Assembly (NCBI GenBank): GCA_037133845.1
Contig: JBAXNK010000001.1
Location: 1-25,018, forward strand
Direction of reading: 5' to 3'
DNA: 25,018 nucleotides
DNA from: a bacterium
Lineage (GTDB): Bacteria > Patescibacteriota > Minisyncoccia > Phycocordibacterales > UBA9973
Shown here in pieces: positions 7,023 to 15,660 of the stretch (positions are counted from its first letter, which is position 1; the number at the start of each line of letters is the position of its first letter). A program made the translations under genes and the position numbers. The notes beneath the pieces are model-generated. The model was not told where the DNA came from. It saw only the letters and a list, made by a program, of their open reading frames with translations, and did not search any database.

Positions 7023-7528
7023 ACCCAAGTATTTACCCTCTTCTTGTAGTCTCGATAAGGCTGTCCGTAACGAGCCTCAAGCACAGCCTCCTCTTTCGGG
7101 AGGAATATAAGCTTACTAATAACGGAAGCAATTATTATAAAGATCACGGAGAAAAACGAGTTGATAATAAATGCGAGACCTAGAGTCATCACAGCAAGAC
7201 CTAGGTGGGTTGGATTACGTGTATACTTGTATGGACCCGCCTCAAAGTCGCGCTCAGTTTTCTCTTTTTCCATTTTAGTCTTAGAGCAACTCGATGTATA
7301 TTGAGCCCAATATATAAGCATAGGACCGGTTAGCAACATAAATAGTCCTATATATTGGAACAGCACCTGTTGGTAAAGAGCGATACTAGTCAAGCTATCC
7401 ATGACTACGCCCAAAATCACAGCAAGTAGGAATAGTGTGTATGAGTGCGACAAGATGAAGTGAACCACACCCCAGTTGGGTAGTGAGTCCTTGCCTTCTT
7501 TGTTGGTTTGATTTTGTATCTGATCCAT
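7019..7528 (-). CDS. Isoprenylcysteine carboxyl / phospholipid methyltransferase family (ICMT/PEMT-like) membrane protein
   Basis: Several TM helices; GPYKYTRNPTHLG and EEAVLEARYGQPYRDYKKRV match the family C-terminal motifs. Confidence 0.8.
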   Translation of the reverse strand: MDQIQNQTNKEGKDSLPNWGVVHFILSHSYTLFLLAVILGVVMDSLTSIALYQQVLFQYIGLFMLLTGPMLIYWAQYTSSCSKTKMEKEKTERDFEAGPYKYTRNPTHLGLAVMTLGLAFIINSFFSVIFIIIASVISKLIFLPKEEAVLEARYGQPYRDYKKRVNTWV

Positions 7529-7563
7529 AAGCTAAATCCTACCACAATTATCGTTTTGCGCTA

Positions 7564-9984
7564 CTACTTTAACTTACCCCAGTTATCCCCCGCTGCAAAC
7601 GAGACCTCAAGCGGTACCGGCTCAAGATTATTCAAGAATTCACTTGGTATCGCATGCTTCATGGCATCTTCTATTATTATTTTAGCCTGCTCTAGCTTGT
7701 CGATCTTTATCTCATATACTAGTTCATCGTGTACTTGTAGCAATAGTCGAGCGTCCGATAATATACCGGCCTTCTCGAGTTCATCATGAGCACGCTTCAT
7801 GGCAATCTTCACAATATCAGCGGTTGCTGTCCCCTGGATAGGTGCATTAATGGCTGTACGCTCGGCGGCTGCTCGGATAAAAGGAAGGCTCGACTTAATC
7901 CCTGGGAAATAGCGCTTGCGACCAAAGAGCGTCTCTGTATATCCATGCTTTTTGGCAAACTCTTTGATGCTTTCAAGGTAGCCCGCTATAGTTGGAAACT
8001 GGGCAAAGTAGTTATCATAGAAAATTTGCGCATCAGCACGAGTAGTGCCTAGGTTATCTTTCAGGGCTGTCACGCCCATGCCGTAAAGTATGCCGAAGTT
8101 TATCACCTTAGCCTGCCTGCGCATGTCGGACGTCACACCATCGGAATTAACGCCGAAGACTTTCATCGCCACAGCATTATGAATATCCTTCCCCTCTTTG
8201 AAAACATTTATAAAGTATTTGTCTTGCGATAGTAGCGCAGCTATACGAAGTTCAATCTGAGAGTAGTCGAAGGACACAAGAACGTACCCCTTGTCTGCCA
8301 CAAAAGCATTGCGGATATTCTTACCGCGCTCGCTCTTGATAGGGATATTCTGCAGGTTCGGATTGTTCGAAGAGAAGCGTCCAGTCGATGCCCCAGTCTG
8401 GATGAACTGTGCATGGAGCCTACCATCAGCGGCCACTTGTTCCCCTATCGTATCGATATAGGTAGAGAGCAGTTTCTGAATTTCTCTATACTCTAAGATG
8501 TTTTTTATAATTGGATGGAATTCTGCAAGCTTAGCAAGCTCACTCTCACGAGTAGAGCGAGCGCCACCTGCAGTCTTCTTCATCTTGGGGCCACCTTTTT
8601 CTATAGAGTCCTGAATCTTAAGCTCATCGAAAAGTACTTCGCCCAACTGCTTGGGTGAATTCACATTGAATTCATGCCTCGCCATATTAAAAATACTTTT
8701 CTCTATTTCTGACAGCTCTTTATGATAGTCGGTAGATAGTTTACCTAGATACTCTTTGTCTACCTTTATACCAACACTTTCCATCTCCTTTATTATTGGA
8801 ATAATAGGTATTTCGATATTCTCATAGACATATGTTAGATTTTCTTTCTTGATATCTGATTCAAGCTTTATATAAGCCTCGTCAAATGAGCTACTGCCCT
8901 TATAGTGTGACACATCATCAAGGCTAGGATTGGTCTGCTCAGAATTTATAAGCCAGAATGCGACCTTGGCACGAGCAAGTTTATCATGGTCGATATCAGC
9001 TTCGTTTTGCTTGGACTCCTCTTTCTCTTCTTTATCATCTGCGCTCACCCCACCTGTCTTACCATCAAGTGCTCGGATGAATCTGCCCTGTAGACTCTTG
9101 AACTCCATCTCACGGAAGAATTTAGCCACGGCCTCTGGAACAACCTCTTCATGCCAAGATTTTTCTGGTAAATTGAATTTGATAGGAGCATCGCGTCGGA
9201 TAGTAGCGAGAGTCTTCGAGAAAATTGCTTCATCTTCATTACTCTTCAGAAGCTCGAAGATCCTTTCAGAGATACCAAGAGCTCTGACCTCCTCTCCGTG
9301 CTTCTTGATAGCTGTATACATCTTCTCTATGGTTCCGTATTTAGATATGAGTATTGTCGCAGTCTTCTCTCCTATACCCTTGATTCCGATGATGTTGTCA
9401 GACGGGTCACCACGCAAACCTTTATAGTCAGGTAAATACATAGGGGCAAAGCCAAATCTCTCTACAACTCTATCCTCATTATATAGGATCGTATCATTTA
9501 GCCCCTTCTTGAGTGTATAGACACGGACCCTATCATCATCTACTAGCTGAAGCGTATCCATATCACCAGATGCGATGATCACATCGAGAGTTTTGTCGGA
9601 TTTAATTTGCTCAGTTATAGTGCCCAGCATGTCATCTGCTTCGAATCCCTCTAGGTCATATATAGGTATAGATAGGGCTTCGAAAAAGCCCCTAGAGCTT
9701 TTAAGCTGGGCAACGAGAGCGTCTTCAGTTTTGGCACGGCCTGCTTTATAGTCAGCGTAAGCTTCGTGTCGGAAAGTCTTCTTGGGTAAATCATAACAAG
9801 CTACTATGTAGTCTGGCTTAAGCTCTGTGATGATCTTGAACAACATCGTAGCAAGGCCATATATGGCCCCAGTTGGCTCACCACGACTGTTTGCGAACTC
9901 AGGCAGAGCATGATAAGCACGGTGAATTATCGCATGGGCATCAAGTAGCACTAGAGTTTTAGTAGATTTAGGCCTCTTAGACAT
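7564..9984 (-). CDS. polA: DNA polymerase I (5' nuclease plus polymerase; 3'-5' exonuclease region vestigial)
   Basis: LLDAHAIIHRAYHA, EADD, GDMD and GDPSDNIIG in the 5' nuclease. TGRFSSNNPNLQNIP, DYSQIELR, AKVINFGILYG, AINAPIQGTATAD and LQVHDELV in the family A polymerase domain. Confidence 0.97.
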   Translation of the reverse strand: MSKRPKSTKTLVLLDAHAIIHRAYHALPEFANSRGEPTGAIYGLATMLFKIITELKPDYIVACYDLPKKTFRHEAYADYKAGRAKTEDALVAQLKSSRGFFEALSIPIYDLEGFEADDMLGTITEQIKSDKTLDVIIASGDMDTLQLVDDDRVRVYTLKKGLNDTILYNEDRVVERFGFAPMYLPDYKGLRGDPSDNIIGIKGIGEKTATILISKYGTIEKMYTAIKKHGEEVRALGISERIFELLKSNEDEAIFSKTLATIRRDAPIKFNLPEKSWHEEVVPEAVAKFFREMEFKSLQGRFIRALDGKTGGVSADDKEEKEESKQNEADIDHDKLARAKVAFWLINSEQTNPSLDDVSHYKGSSSFDEAYIKLESDIKKENLTYVYENIEIPIIPIIKEMESVGIKVDKEYLGKLSTDYHKELSEIEKSIFNMARHEFNVNSPKQLGEVLFDELKIQDSIEKGGPKMKKTAGGARSTRESELAKLAEFHPIIKNILEYREIQKLLSTYIDTIGEQVAADGRLHAQFIQTGASTGRFSSNNPNLQNIPIKSERGKNIRNAFVADKGYVLVSFDYSQIELRIAALLSQDKYFINVFKEGKDIHNAVAMKVFGVNSDGVTSDMRRQAKVINFGILYGMGVTALKDNLGTTRADAQIFYDNYFAQFPTIAGYLESIKEFAKKHGYTETLFGRKRYFPGIKSSLPFIRAAAERTAINAPIQGTATADIVKIAMKRAHDELEKAGILSDARLLLQVHDELVYEIKIDKLEQAKIIIEDAMKHAIPSEFLNNLEPVPLEVSFAAGDNWGKLK

Positions 9985-9991
9985 AGGGGCA

Positions 9992-10432
9992 TTATACTAC
10001 AATATCGAGAGATCTGGTTTCAGAATCTACATGAGAGAGATACACCTTACATATAGAATTTTTAGTGCATTCGGGCACCCTTTCTGGCCACTCTATTATG
10101 ATGATATTCTCATTATTATCTGCCATCTCTTGGAACCCCAGATTTAGAAGTTCCGCATCGCTATTGAGCCTGTAAGCATCTATGTGGATCAATCTCTTAA
10201 AGCTTTTTTGTGTGATTTTATAAATCTTCATTATCACAAATGTGGGTGAAGTTAAGTTTTCCTTCACGCCAAGATCACGAGCAACTTCTTGGGTCAGTGT
10301 CGTCTTGCCAGCACCAAGGTCTCCAGAGAGGGCTATGATTTTTGCACCTTGGTAACGTGATTTATCAGCTATAGATATAAGCTCCTTGGCCACTTTGTGG
10401 ATATCTTCTTTTTTAATCACAAACTTTTTCAT
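9992..10432 (-). CDS. tsaE: tRNA t6A biosynthesis ATPase TsaE
   Basis: LSGDLGAGKTT, TSPTF, HIDAYRL and IEWPE motifs. Confidence 0.93.
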   Translation of the reverse strand: MKKFVIKKEDIHKVAKELISIADKSRYQGAKIIALSGDLGAGKTTLTQEVARDLGVKENLTSPTFVIMKIYKITQKSFKRLIHIDAYRLNSDAELLNLGFQEMADNNENIIIIEWPERVPECTKNSICKVYLSHVDSETRSLDIVV

Positions 10433-10446
10433 AATATTATACTAAC

Positions 10447-10470
10447 ACACCCCGATGTTACTCGGGGTGT
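10447..10470 (-). terminator. Hairpin after the large surface-protein gene, possible weak terminator
   Basis: 9-bp stem ACACCCCGA / TCGGGGTGT with a 6-nt loop. No clear U-tract; overlaps the putative tsaE promoter. Confidence 0.4.
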
Positions 10471-10475
10471 TGATA

Positions 10476-13400
10476 TTAGTGGTTTGTTGTCGTGGTTGTG
10501 TGTCCCCCATTTGAATCTATGGTATGCACTGTTGTAGTCTGCTTCTGGTAGTAATTCCTAATTATAAGAATTAAAAGCAGTATTAGTATTATTAGCAGTA
10601 ACCATCCAATCAATCCGATACTGAAGAACCCACCAAAGAATGCGGCTGCTCCCAAGTTATTTGTTCCCAAATTCTTAGGATTGTTTAACACATAGGCAAT
10701 TGCGTTTTCTTGTGCACCATTTGGATTTGTATATACGAGTATAGCGGTTGTGACGATCTGAGCTGTGTTATCTGGGATACTATCTACTATTCCCTTCACA
10801 TAGACGCTACCTTCTACATCTGGGATCAAGTCACCCAAGCTTACGGTTAGAGTATTGGTATCCTTGGAGTACGTACCTGCGGAAGAATTAGTTAGAGTTA
10901 TGCCCTTTGGAGCTACAACCTGCAGAACTGAATTCTTAAGTATCACTTTACCGATATTCTTGTAAGTAATAGTGTAGTCGATGGTGTCACCTACGCTGAT
11001 AGACTGATAGTGATTCTCAATCTTCAGAAGTATTGGTGAACTTGTACCGATAACAGTTGTACCCTGTCTGATGACAGTTACATTGTTCCCACCCCCACTA
11101 GATGTGACAGCATTTGCCTGTGTATTTAGAATTTCAATCTTTCCATATGATAGACCGTTTGAACAGTTAGATACTGAACGATAGAAGTATATTGTATCGG
11201 GGGCAAGACCGCTTACTACATAGCTATATGCACCATTGGTTGAAGTTGAAGGTGTAGTTGAGCCCAGGTTTACCGTAGTTCCGTACTCAAAGTATGAGTT
11301 TACAGAGCCACCATTTGGATTTGTTATAAGGCCGTTGAATGTAGCGCTATTCTTTGTGACGTTCGTTGCAACGGTTGTGACAGCACAAGCATTGAAGTAC
11401 TGCTGTTGTGTATTGTTGCCAACATTTACTTGTACAGACTGAGTCTGAGGAATATTGTTGTTATATCCATAGGCGCTCAGTATGTAGTTTGTAGTGTAGC
11501 TTGGGTATACGTTCTGAGTACCTGAGAGATTGACTGATCCTAGGCCTGAGATACTAACTGATGTACAACCAGAAGTATTCCAAGATAGGTATGCGGGTAG
11601 TCCACCAGGTACACTCACTGGAGTCGCGGTGAAGTATGAGATTGTACAGTTGTTGTAATTATTGTAGTTATAGTTATAGTTGTAGTTGTTGTTATTATTT
11701 ACATACACTTGCACTGTCTGTGTCTGGTAGCCGCCATTCTGACCATAAGCATTCAATGTATATGAAGTCGTAGACTGTGGGTATACATACTGACTACCTG
11801 AAGAGCTAACAGAGCCTAGGTTTGTAATACCAGTAGATGTACAGCCTGAGGTGCTCCAAGACAGAGTGACCGCTGATCCAGATGTAACAGATGACTGACT
11901 AGAGTTGAAGTATGAGATAGTACAGTAATTGTTATTATAGTTATTATTATTCACAGTAACAGTTACAGACTGATTCTGTTGTATACCATTTGCGCCATAA
12001 GCATTGAGCGTATAGGTGGTTGTAGCCTGAGGGTATACATTCTGACTGCCAGAGTTTGCCACACTGCCGAGACTAGATATGCTTACTGAATTACAGTTAG
12101 TAGTATTCCAAGAGAGAGATGATGGTGTGTTATTTGAATTGTTGTTTATGTAGATGACGGTTGGGCTTGCTGTGAAGTTACTGATAACACAGCTGTTCGC
12201 AGCCGGTAGTGCACAAGTACTGCCATCCCAAGTAGTACCTGAAGTACAGCTTGTAGTCACAGACTTCTGGTCTAGTAGATTACCAGAGTTGTAAAGATAA
12301 AAGATAGTTGATCCGTATGAGTATGTGAGTGTCGCTGTGTATGAACCAGAGTTACCGTTGGCGATAGTTGCGCCACCGCTCTTGGTAACAGCCGAAGTAC
12401 CTACTGGGTTCGATGTAGACCAAGAGAGTGCTGATGTACAAGTCGATGAACCTTGTGGGACTATACAGTTAGTAGTCGCAGTTAGTATTCCTGTAGTGAC
12501 CGCATTGGCTACTGTGACGGACACAACCTGTGATGCTTGAGAGTTGTTGGACCCAAGAGCAGTGAGTGTATACGAAGTAGTGACCGCTGGTGTGACAGTC
12601 TGAGAACTTGAAGTAACTACGTTGCCGATATTAGTGATATTTGCAGAGTTACAGTTGGATGTAGACCAAGCAAGTGTTGAGCTTTGATTTGATGATATAG
12701 ATGAGGGTGAAGCTGTGAATGAATTGATCACACAGCTATTAGCCGCAGCTTGCGCACACACGCTACCGTCCCAAGTGGCACCTGATGTACAGCTTGCGGA
12801 TACGGGTTTCTGATCGAGTAGATTACCAGAGTTGTAGAGGTAGAACACAGTTGCGCCGAAGCTGTATGAGACACTTGCAGTGTATGTACCTGAGTTACCG
12901 TTGGCGATAGTTGCGCCACCACTCTTGGTAACAGCTGAAGTACCTACTGGATTGTTTGTATTCCATGTGAGGACAGTATTACAGCTAGATGAGCCCTGAG
13001 GTATCACACAGTTAGCAGGTGTTGCAGTGATAGTACCACTAGTTGCGATATTTGAGACTGCGACAGTCGCTGTCTGAGAGAGCTGAGCTCCAGTTGATCC
13101 GACAGCATTGAGTGTATAAGTAGTAGTTGCAGTTGGATACACAGACTGTGTTCCAGAAACTGCCACATTACCTAGGCCTATTATATTTACAGAAGTACAG
13201 TTTGTTGTAGACCAGTTAAGAGAAGAAGATTGCCCGCTAGTTATAGTAGAAGGTGTAGCATTGAAAGAAGAGATAGCACACTGTGAAGCTTGAGACACTG
13301 TCACTGTTACAGAGCGAGACTGCGCAGTACTCGTAGAGTTCGATGCATTTATAGTATAAGAAGTAGTAGTTGTAGGATACACACTCTGAATACTTGAGTA

Positions 13401-14147
13401 CTGAACATTGCCCAGCGTAGTGATGTTTACATTAGTACAGTTGTTAGTCCCCCAAGAAAGTACTGATGCCTGACCGGAAGTGATGCTTGCTGGATTGGCT
13501 ACAAAGCTTGAGATCGTACAAGTAGCTGGTGGATAACTACAATGTAGTGGCTGACCCTGATTGGAAGCAGTAGGATCAGTACATAGAGCGGCAGAGCTAC
13601 TGACATGGAAAGTTAGCACTACAGAGCCTTGAGTATTCCAGCCTGGTGCGATACTGCCTAGAGATATACCTGAAGAGAGTATTTCGCTACCGTAGTTGGT
13701 ATAAGAAGATGTTGATTGATTGAAGTACACACGCACCTCAGTGAGATCCAGTGACTGTGCAGAAGAAAGATTAATATTGCCACCAGAGAAAGAGAGGCTC
13801 CCCTGGTCAGAAGTGATCTGTCCACTAACTGTGTGACTTACACTACTTGATAGCTGAGTGTTTACTGTAACGCGAGTGTTGGTCGCTGTAACCGATGAAC
13901 CGGTTAGGTCACTACCGTTGTGATAGTAGACACGGACATTCACATAGTCACCAGCACTTGCAGAGACGGAAGATCCATTCCAGCAAGGACTGCCGAAGCC
14001 TGAGTTCGTAGTATAGTTCGCTACAGAGAGAGTGGCACAATCATTACTAGCCCCGTTCCAAGTAAAAGATGCCTCAGCACTGGAAAAACCAGCGAAAAGC
14101 ATTGCGAAACCGAGAACTATTACTGATGTTTTTATGTATTTTTGCAT
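10476..14147 (-). CDS. Large Ser/Thr/Asn-rich modular surface protein (1223 aa): signal peptide, 8 Cys-containing beta repeats, FN3-like domain, DUF11-like domain, C-terminal TM anchor
   Basis: Start corrected to the ATG at 14147 (MQKYIKTSVIVLGFAMLFAGFSSAEA signal peptide). Repeats C.I..F.A.P.SI..GQ.S.LSW.T.NC. FN3-like NSATFNG...YFEYG...SGLAPDTIYFYR. DUF11-like VGDTIDYTITYKNIG. TM IGLIGWLLLIILILLLILII. Confidence 0.85.
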   Translation of the reverse strand: MQKYIKTSVIVLGFAMLFAGFSSAEASFTWNGASNDCATLSVANYTTNSGFGSPCWNGSSVSASAGDYVNVRVYYHNGSDLTGSSVTATNTRVTVNTQLSSSVSHTVSGQITSDQGSLSFSGGNINLSSAQSLDLTEVRVYFNQSTSSYTNYGSEILSSGISLGSIAPGWNTQGSVVLTFHVSSSAALCTDPTASNQGQPLHCSYPPATCTISSFVANPASITSGQASVLSWGTNNCTNVNITTLGNVQYSSIQSVYPTTTTSYTINASNSTSTAQSRSVTVTVSQASQCAISSFNATPSTITSGQSSSLNWSTTNCTSVNIIGLGNVAVSGTQSVYPTATTTYTLNAVGSTGAQLSQTATVAVSNIATSGTITATPANCVIPQGSSSCNTVLTWNTNNPVGTSAVTKSGGATIANGNSGTYTASVSYSFGATVFYLYNSGNLLDQKPVSASCTSGATWDGSVCAQAAANSCVINSFTASPSSISSNQSSTLAWSTSNCNSANITNIGNVVTSSSQTVTPAVTTSYTLTALGSNNSQASQVVSVTVANAVTTGILTATTNCIVPQGSSTCTSALSWSTSNPVGTSAVTKSGGATIANGNSGSYTATLTYSYGSTIFYLYNSGNLLDQKSVTTSCTSGTTWDGSTCALPAANSCVISNFTASPTVIYINNNSNNTPSSLSWNTTNCNSVSISSLGSVANSGSQNVYPQATTTYTLNAYGANGIQQNQSVTVTVNNNNYNNNYCTISYFNSSQSSVTSGSAVTLSWSTSGCTSTGITNLGSVSSSGSQYVYPQSTTSYTLNAYGQNGGYQTQTVQVYVNNNNNYNYNYNYNNYNNCTISYFTATPVSVPGGLPAYLSWNTSGCTSVSISGLGSVNLSGTQNVYPSYTTNYILSAYGYNNNIPQTQSVQVNVGNNTQQQYFNACAVTTVATNVTKNSATFNGLITNPNGGSVNSYFEYGTTVNLGSTTPSTSTNGAYSYVVSGLAPDTIYFYRSVSNCSNGLSYGKIEILNTQANAVTSSGGGNNVTVIRQGTTVIGTSSPILLKIENHYQSISVGDTIDYTITYKNIGKVILKNSVLQVVAPKGITLTNSSAGTYSKDTNTLTVSLGDLIPDVEGSVYVKGIVDSIPDNTAQIVTTAILVYTNPNGAQENAIAYVLNNPKNLGTNNLGAAAFFGGFFSIGLIGWLLLIILILLLILIIRNYYQKQTTTVHTIDSNGGHTTTTTNH
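12349..12950. repeat. Near-identical 59-bp intragenic direct repeat (12349-12407 and 12892-12950), period 543 bp
   Basis: GAGTTACCGTTGGCGATAGTTGCGCCACC[G/A]CTCTTGGTAACAGC[C/T]GAAGTACCTACTGG; both mismatches are synonymous. Confidence 0.9.
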
Positions 14148-14215
14148 ATATTTTATAGTGTTTAACGCGATACTAGCACCAAAAATAAATACTGACAAGA
14201 TTCATTTACTTGCAT

Positions 14216-14244
14216 AGTATATCATAATTAATAAAGAATGTCAA
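14216..14244 (-). promoter_or_regulatory. Sigma70-type promoter of the large surface-protein gene
   Basis: TTGACA (14239-14244), 17 nt spacer, TG-a-TATACT (-10 at 14216-14221). Confidence 0.75.
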
Positions 14245-14401
14245 GATATAATTTTTTGACTCTTTTCACACTTTTAAACCTTCGACATTACTATATATAA
14301 GGTCGAAAACTTAAAAGTGCGATGGAGCCAGGTTTTTCAGGCCGGACTCCACGCGAGTTTGAAACTTAACAAAGAGCAATTGGGGATCTATGTCCCCTTT
14401 T

Positions 14402-15562
14402 TTAGTAGCAGCCGGCAGATGCATAACGATAGCAAGTACCGTTACCAGGTGCGCCCGCTGGACCGCCGTTGCCACCGATACCACCAGGATTACCCCATCC
14501 ACCACCGTTGCCAGTGATGCCAACAGGGCCTCCCGTGAGACCATTACCAGGGGCGCCCACCGGGCCACCGCTACGTACCGGAGGAATCCGGCTGATGGGT
14601 TGGGGGTAGGTGTTGGTCGTGTTGGTCGGTGCATACGTCCAGGTGTTAGTTGGAGCGTAAGTGTTGACCGGAGCGTACGTGTTGGTCGGAGAGTACACAG
14701 ACGAGGTCGAGCCACAAGCATTGTTGCCAATGCATGATTCTGACCGGTACTGCGTACGACCGAGCCACGAGCCGAGCACCTGAGCGCCACCCGAAATAAC
14801 GGTGGGCCAAATGCTGGGACGGTACTGCTGCTGATACCCATAGTCGTACGGCGAACCGTACGTCATGGGCACCTCGTAAGAGGCCTGTTGAGAGTACGGC
14901 TGGCGATACTGCTGCTGACCGTTACCGCCGACGACATAGACCACCTGTTCCTGCTGAGGAACCTGCGGTGCCGGGGCGGACTGACGATCACGCGAGAGCA
15001 GGATGAGAATCATCTGCTCCTGGAACGTGAGTCCCTGCGGCGTTGGCGCCGGAGGAGGAATTACAGCTGCCTGCTGGGGAGCGGGCGGCTGAACAACCTG
15101 CGGTGCGGCTAGTGGAGGAGCGGCTGCAGCCTTTGTAGGCAGCGGCAGCTCTTCTCCCAACGGGTTGAGACAATTGCCTTTAAAAAGGACAATCTTCTTG
15201 CCGTTGGGGCTGGTGTAAATACCAGCAAACCCGTTCCAGGATTGCGTAGAGGAGATCTTCTCGATCTTCTTCCCCTTCGCATCCCAACCCGAATTCTGAT
15301 AAGCCGACTTGCCCTGCAAGGGCAAGCTAACTTCCTCCAGTGTGACACGAGAAAAGAGATTCCCGAGATACTGCTCGCCAGTGATGGCGACCAGGCTCTG
15401 GGCGAACGCTTTCCCTTTTTCGGAACCATCGGTAGCGAGCTTCTGCGCGTCGCCAACCGAGTATCCGCTGTCGTTGTACTTCATGATGGGCTCGAGAGCC
15501 CACGCTTCCAGGCCCGTGAGGGCCAGTGCTGCGATGACGACGAACTTAAAACCGTTTTTCAT
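14402..15562 (-). CDS. GC-rich orphan secreted protein (386 aa): small globular N-domain plus Pro/Gln/Tyr/Gly low-complexity repeats
   Basis: Start corrected to the ATG at 15562, preceded by SD AAGGAG. Signal peptide MKNGFKFVVIAALALTGLEAWA; YAPTNT and GGPxGxxGNG repeats. Three hand-counted 60-nt lines gave 58-62% GC, versus about 37-42% in sampled pilB and polA lines. Confidence 0.8.
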   Translation of the reverse strand: MKNGFKFVVIAALALTGLEAWALEPIMKYNDSGYSVGDAQKLATDGSEKGKAFAQSLVAITGEQYLGNLFSRVTLEEVSLPLQGKSAYQNSGWDAKGKKIEKISSTQSWNGFAGIYTSPNGKKIVLFKGNCLNPLGEELPLPTKAAAAPPLAAPQVVQPPAPQQAAVIPPPAPTPQGLTFQEQMILILLSRDRQSAPAPQVPQQEQVVYVVGGNGQQQYRQPYSQQASYEVPMTYGSPYDYGYQQQYRPSIWPTVISGGAQVLGSWLGRTQYRSESCIGNNACGSTSSVYSPTNTYAPVNTYAPTNTWTYAPTNTTNTYPQPISRIPPVRSGGPVGAPGNGLTGGPVGITGNGGGWGNPGGIGGNGGPAGAPGNGTCYRYASAGCY

Positions 15563-15593
15563 TGAAACTGGCTCCTTAGGGCCTTCGGTGTGT

Positions 15594-15622
15594 ATATTAG
15601 CATATTTTAGGCTAAATGTCAA
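15594..15622 (-). promoter_or_regulatory. Sigma70-type promoter of the GC-rich orphan gene
   Basis: TTGACA (15617-15622), 17 nt spacer, TG-c-TAATAT (-10 at 15594-15599). The track's TTG start is this -35 box. Confidence 0.75.
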
Positions 15623-15660
15623 GGCAGGGATTATAGCCTTTATTTGCTATAATATTGCCT

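Noticed and set aside
7508-9427. Plus-strand ORFs within polA (up to 165 aa) and similar antisense ORFs in ruvB, tyrS and the PBP gene
   Set aside because: Antisense shadows of conserved genes with no independent coding signal.
11410-13520. Regularly spaced DNA repeats as a possible CRISPR array or DGR template
   Set aside because: They are in-frame protein repeats with synonymous differences; no unique spacers, no A-specific mismatches, and no cas or reverse transcriptase gene.
3896-15655. Track start codons for ruvA (3896), rpsT (4017), holA-like (7028), surface protein (14198), orphan (15622) and ATPase (15655)
   Set aside because: The longer starts overlap neighbouring genes or promoter boxes. 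Homology motifs, signal peptides and stop-start overlaps support 4037, 3981, 7022, 14147, 15562 and 15661.
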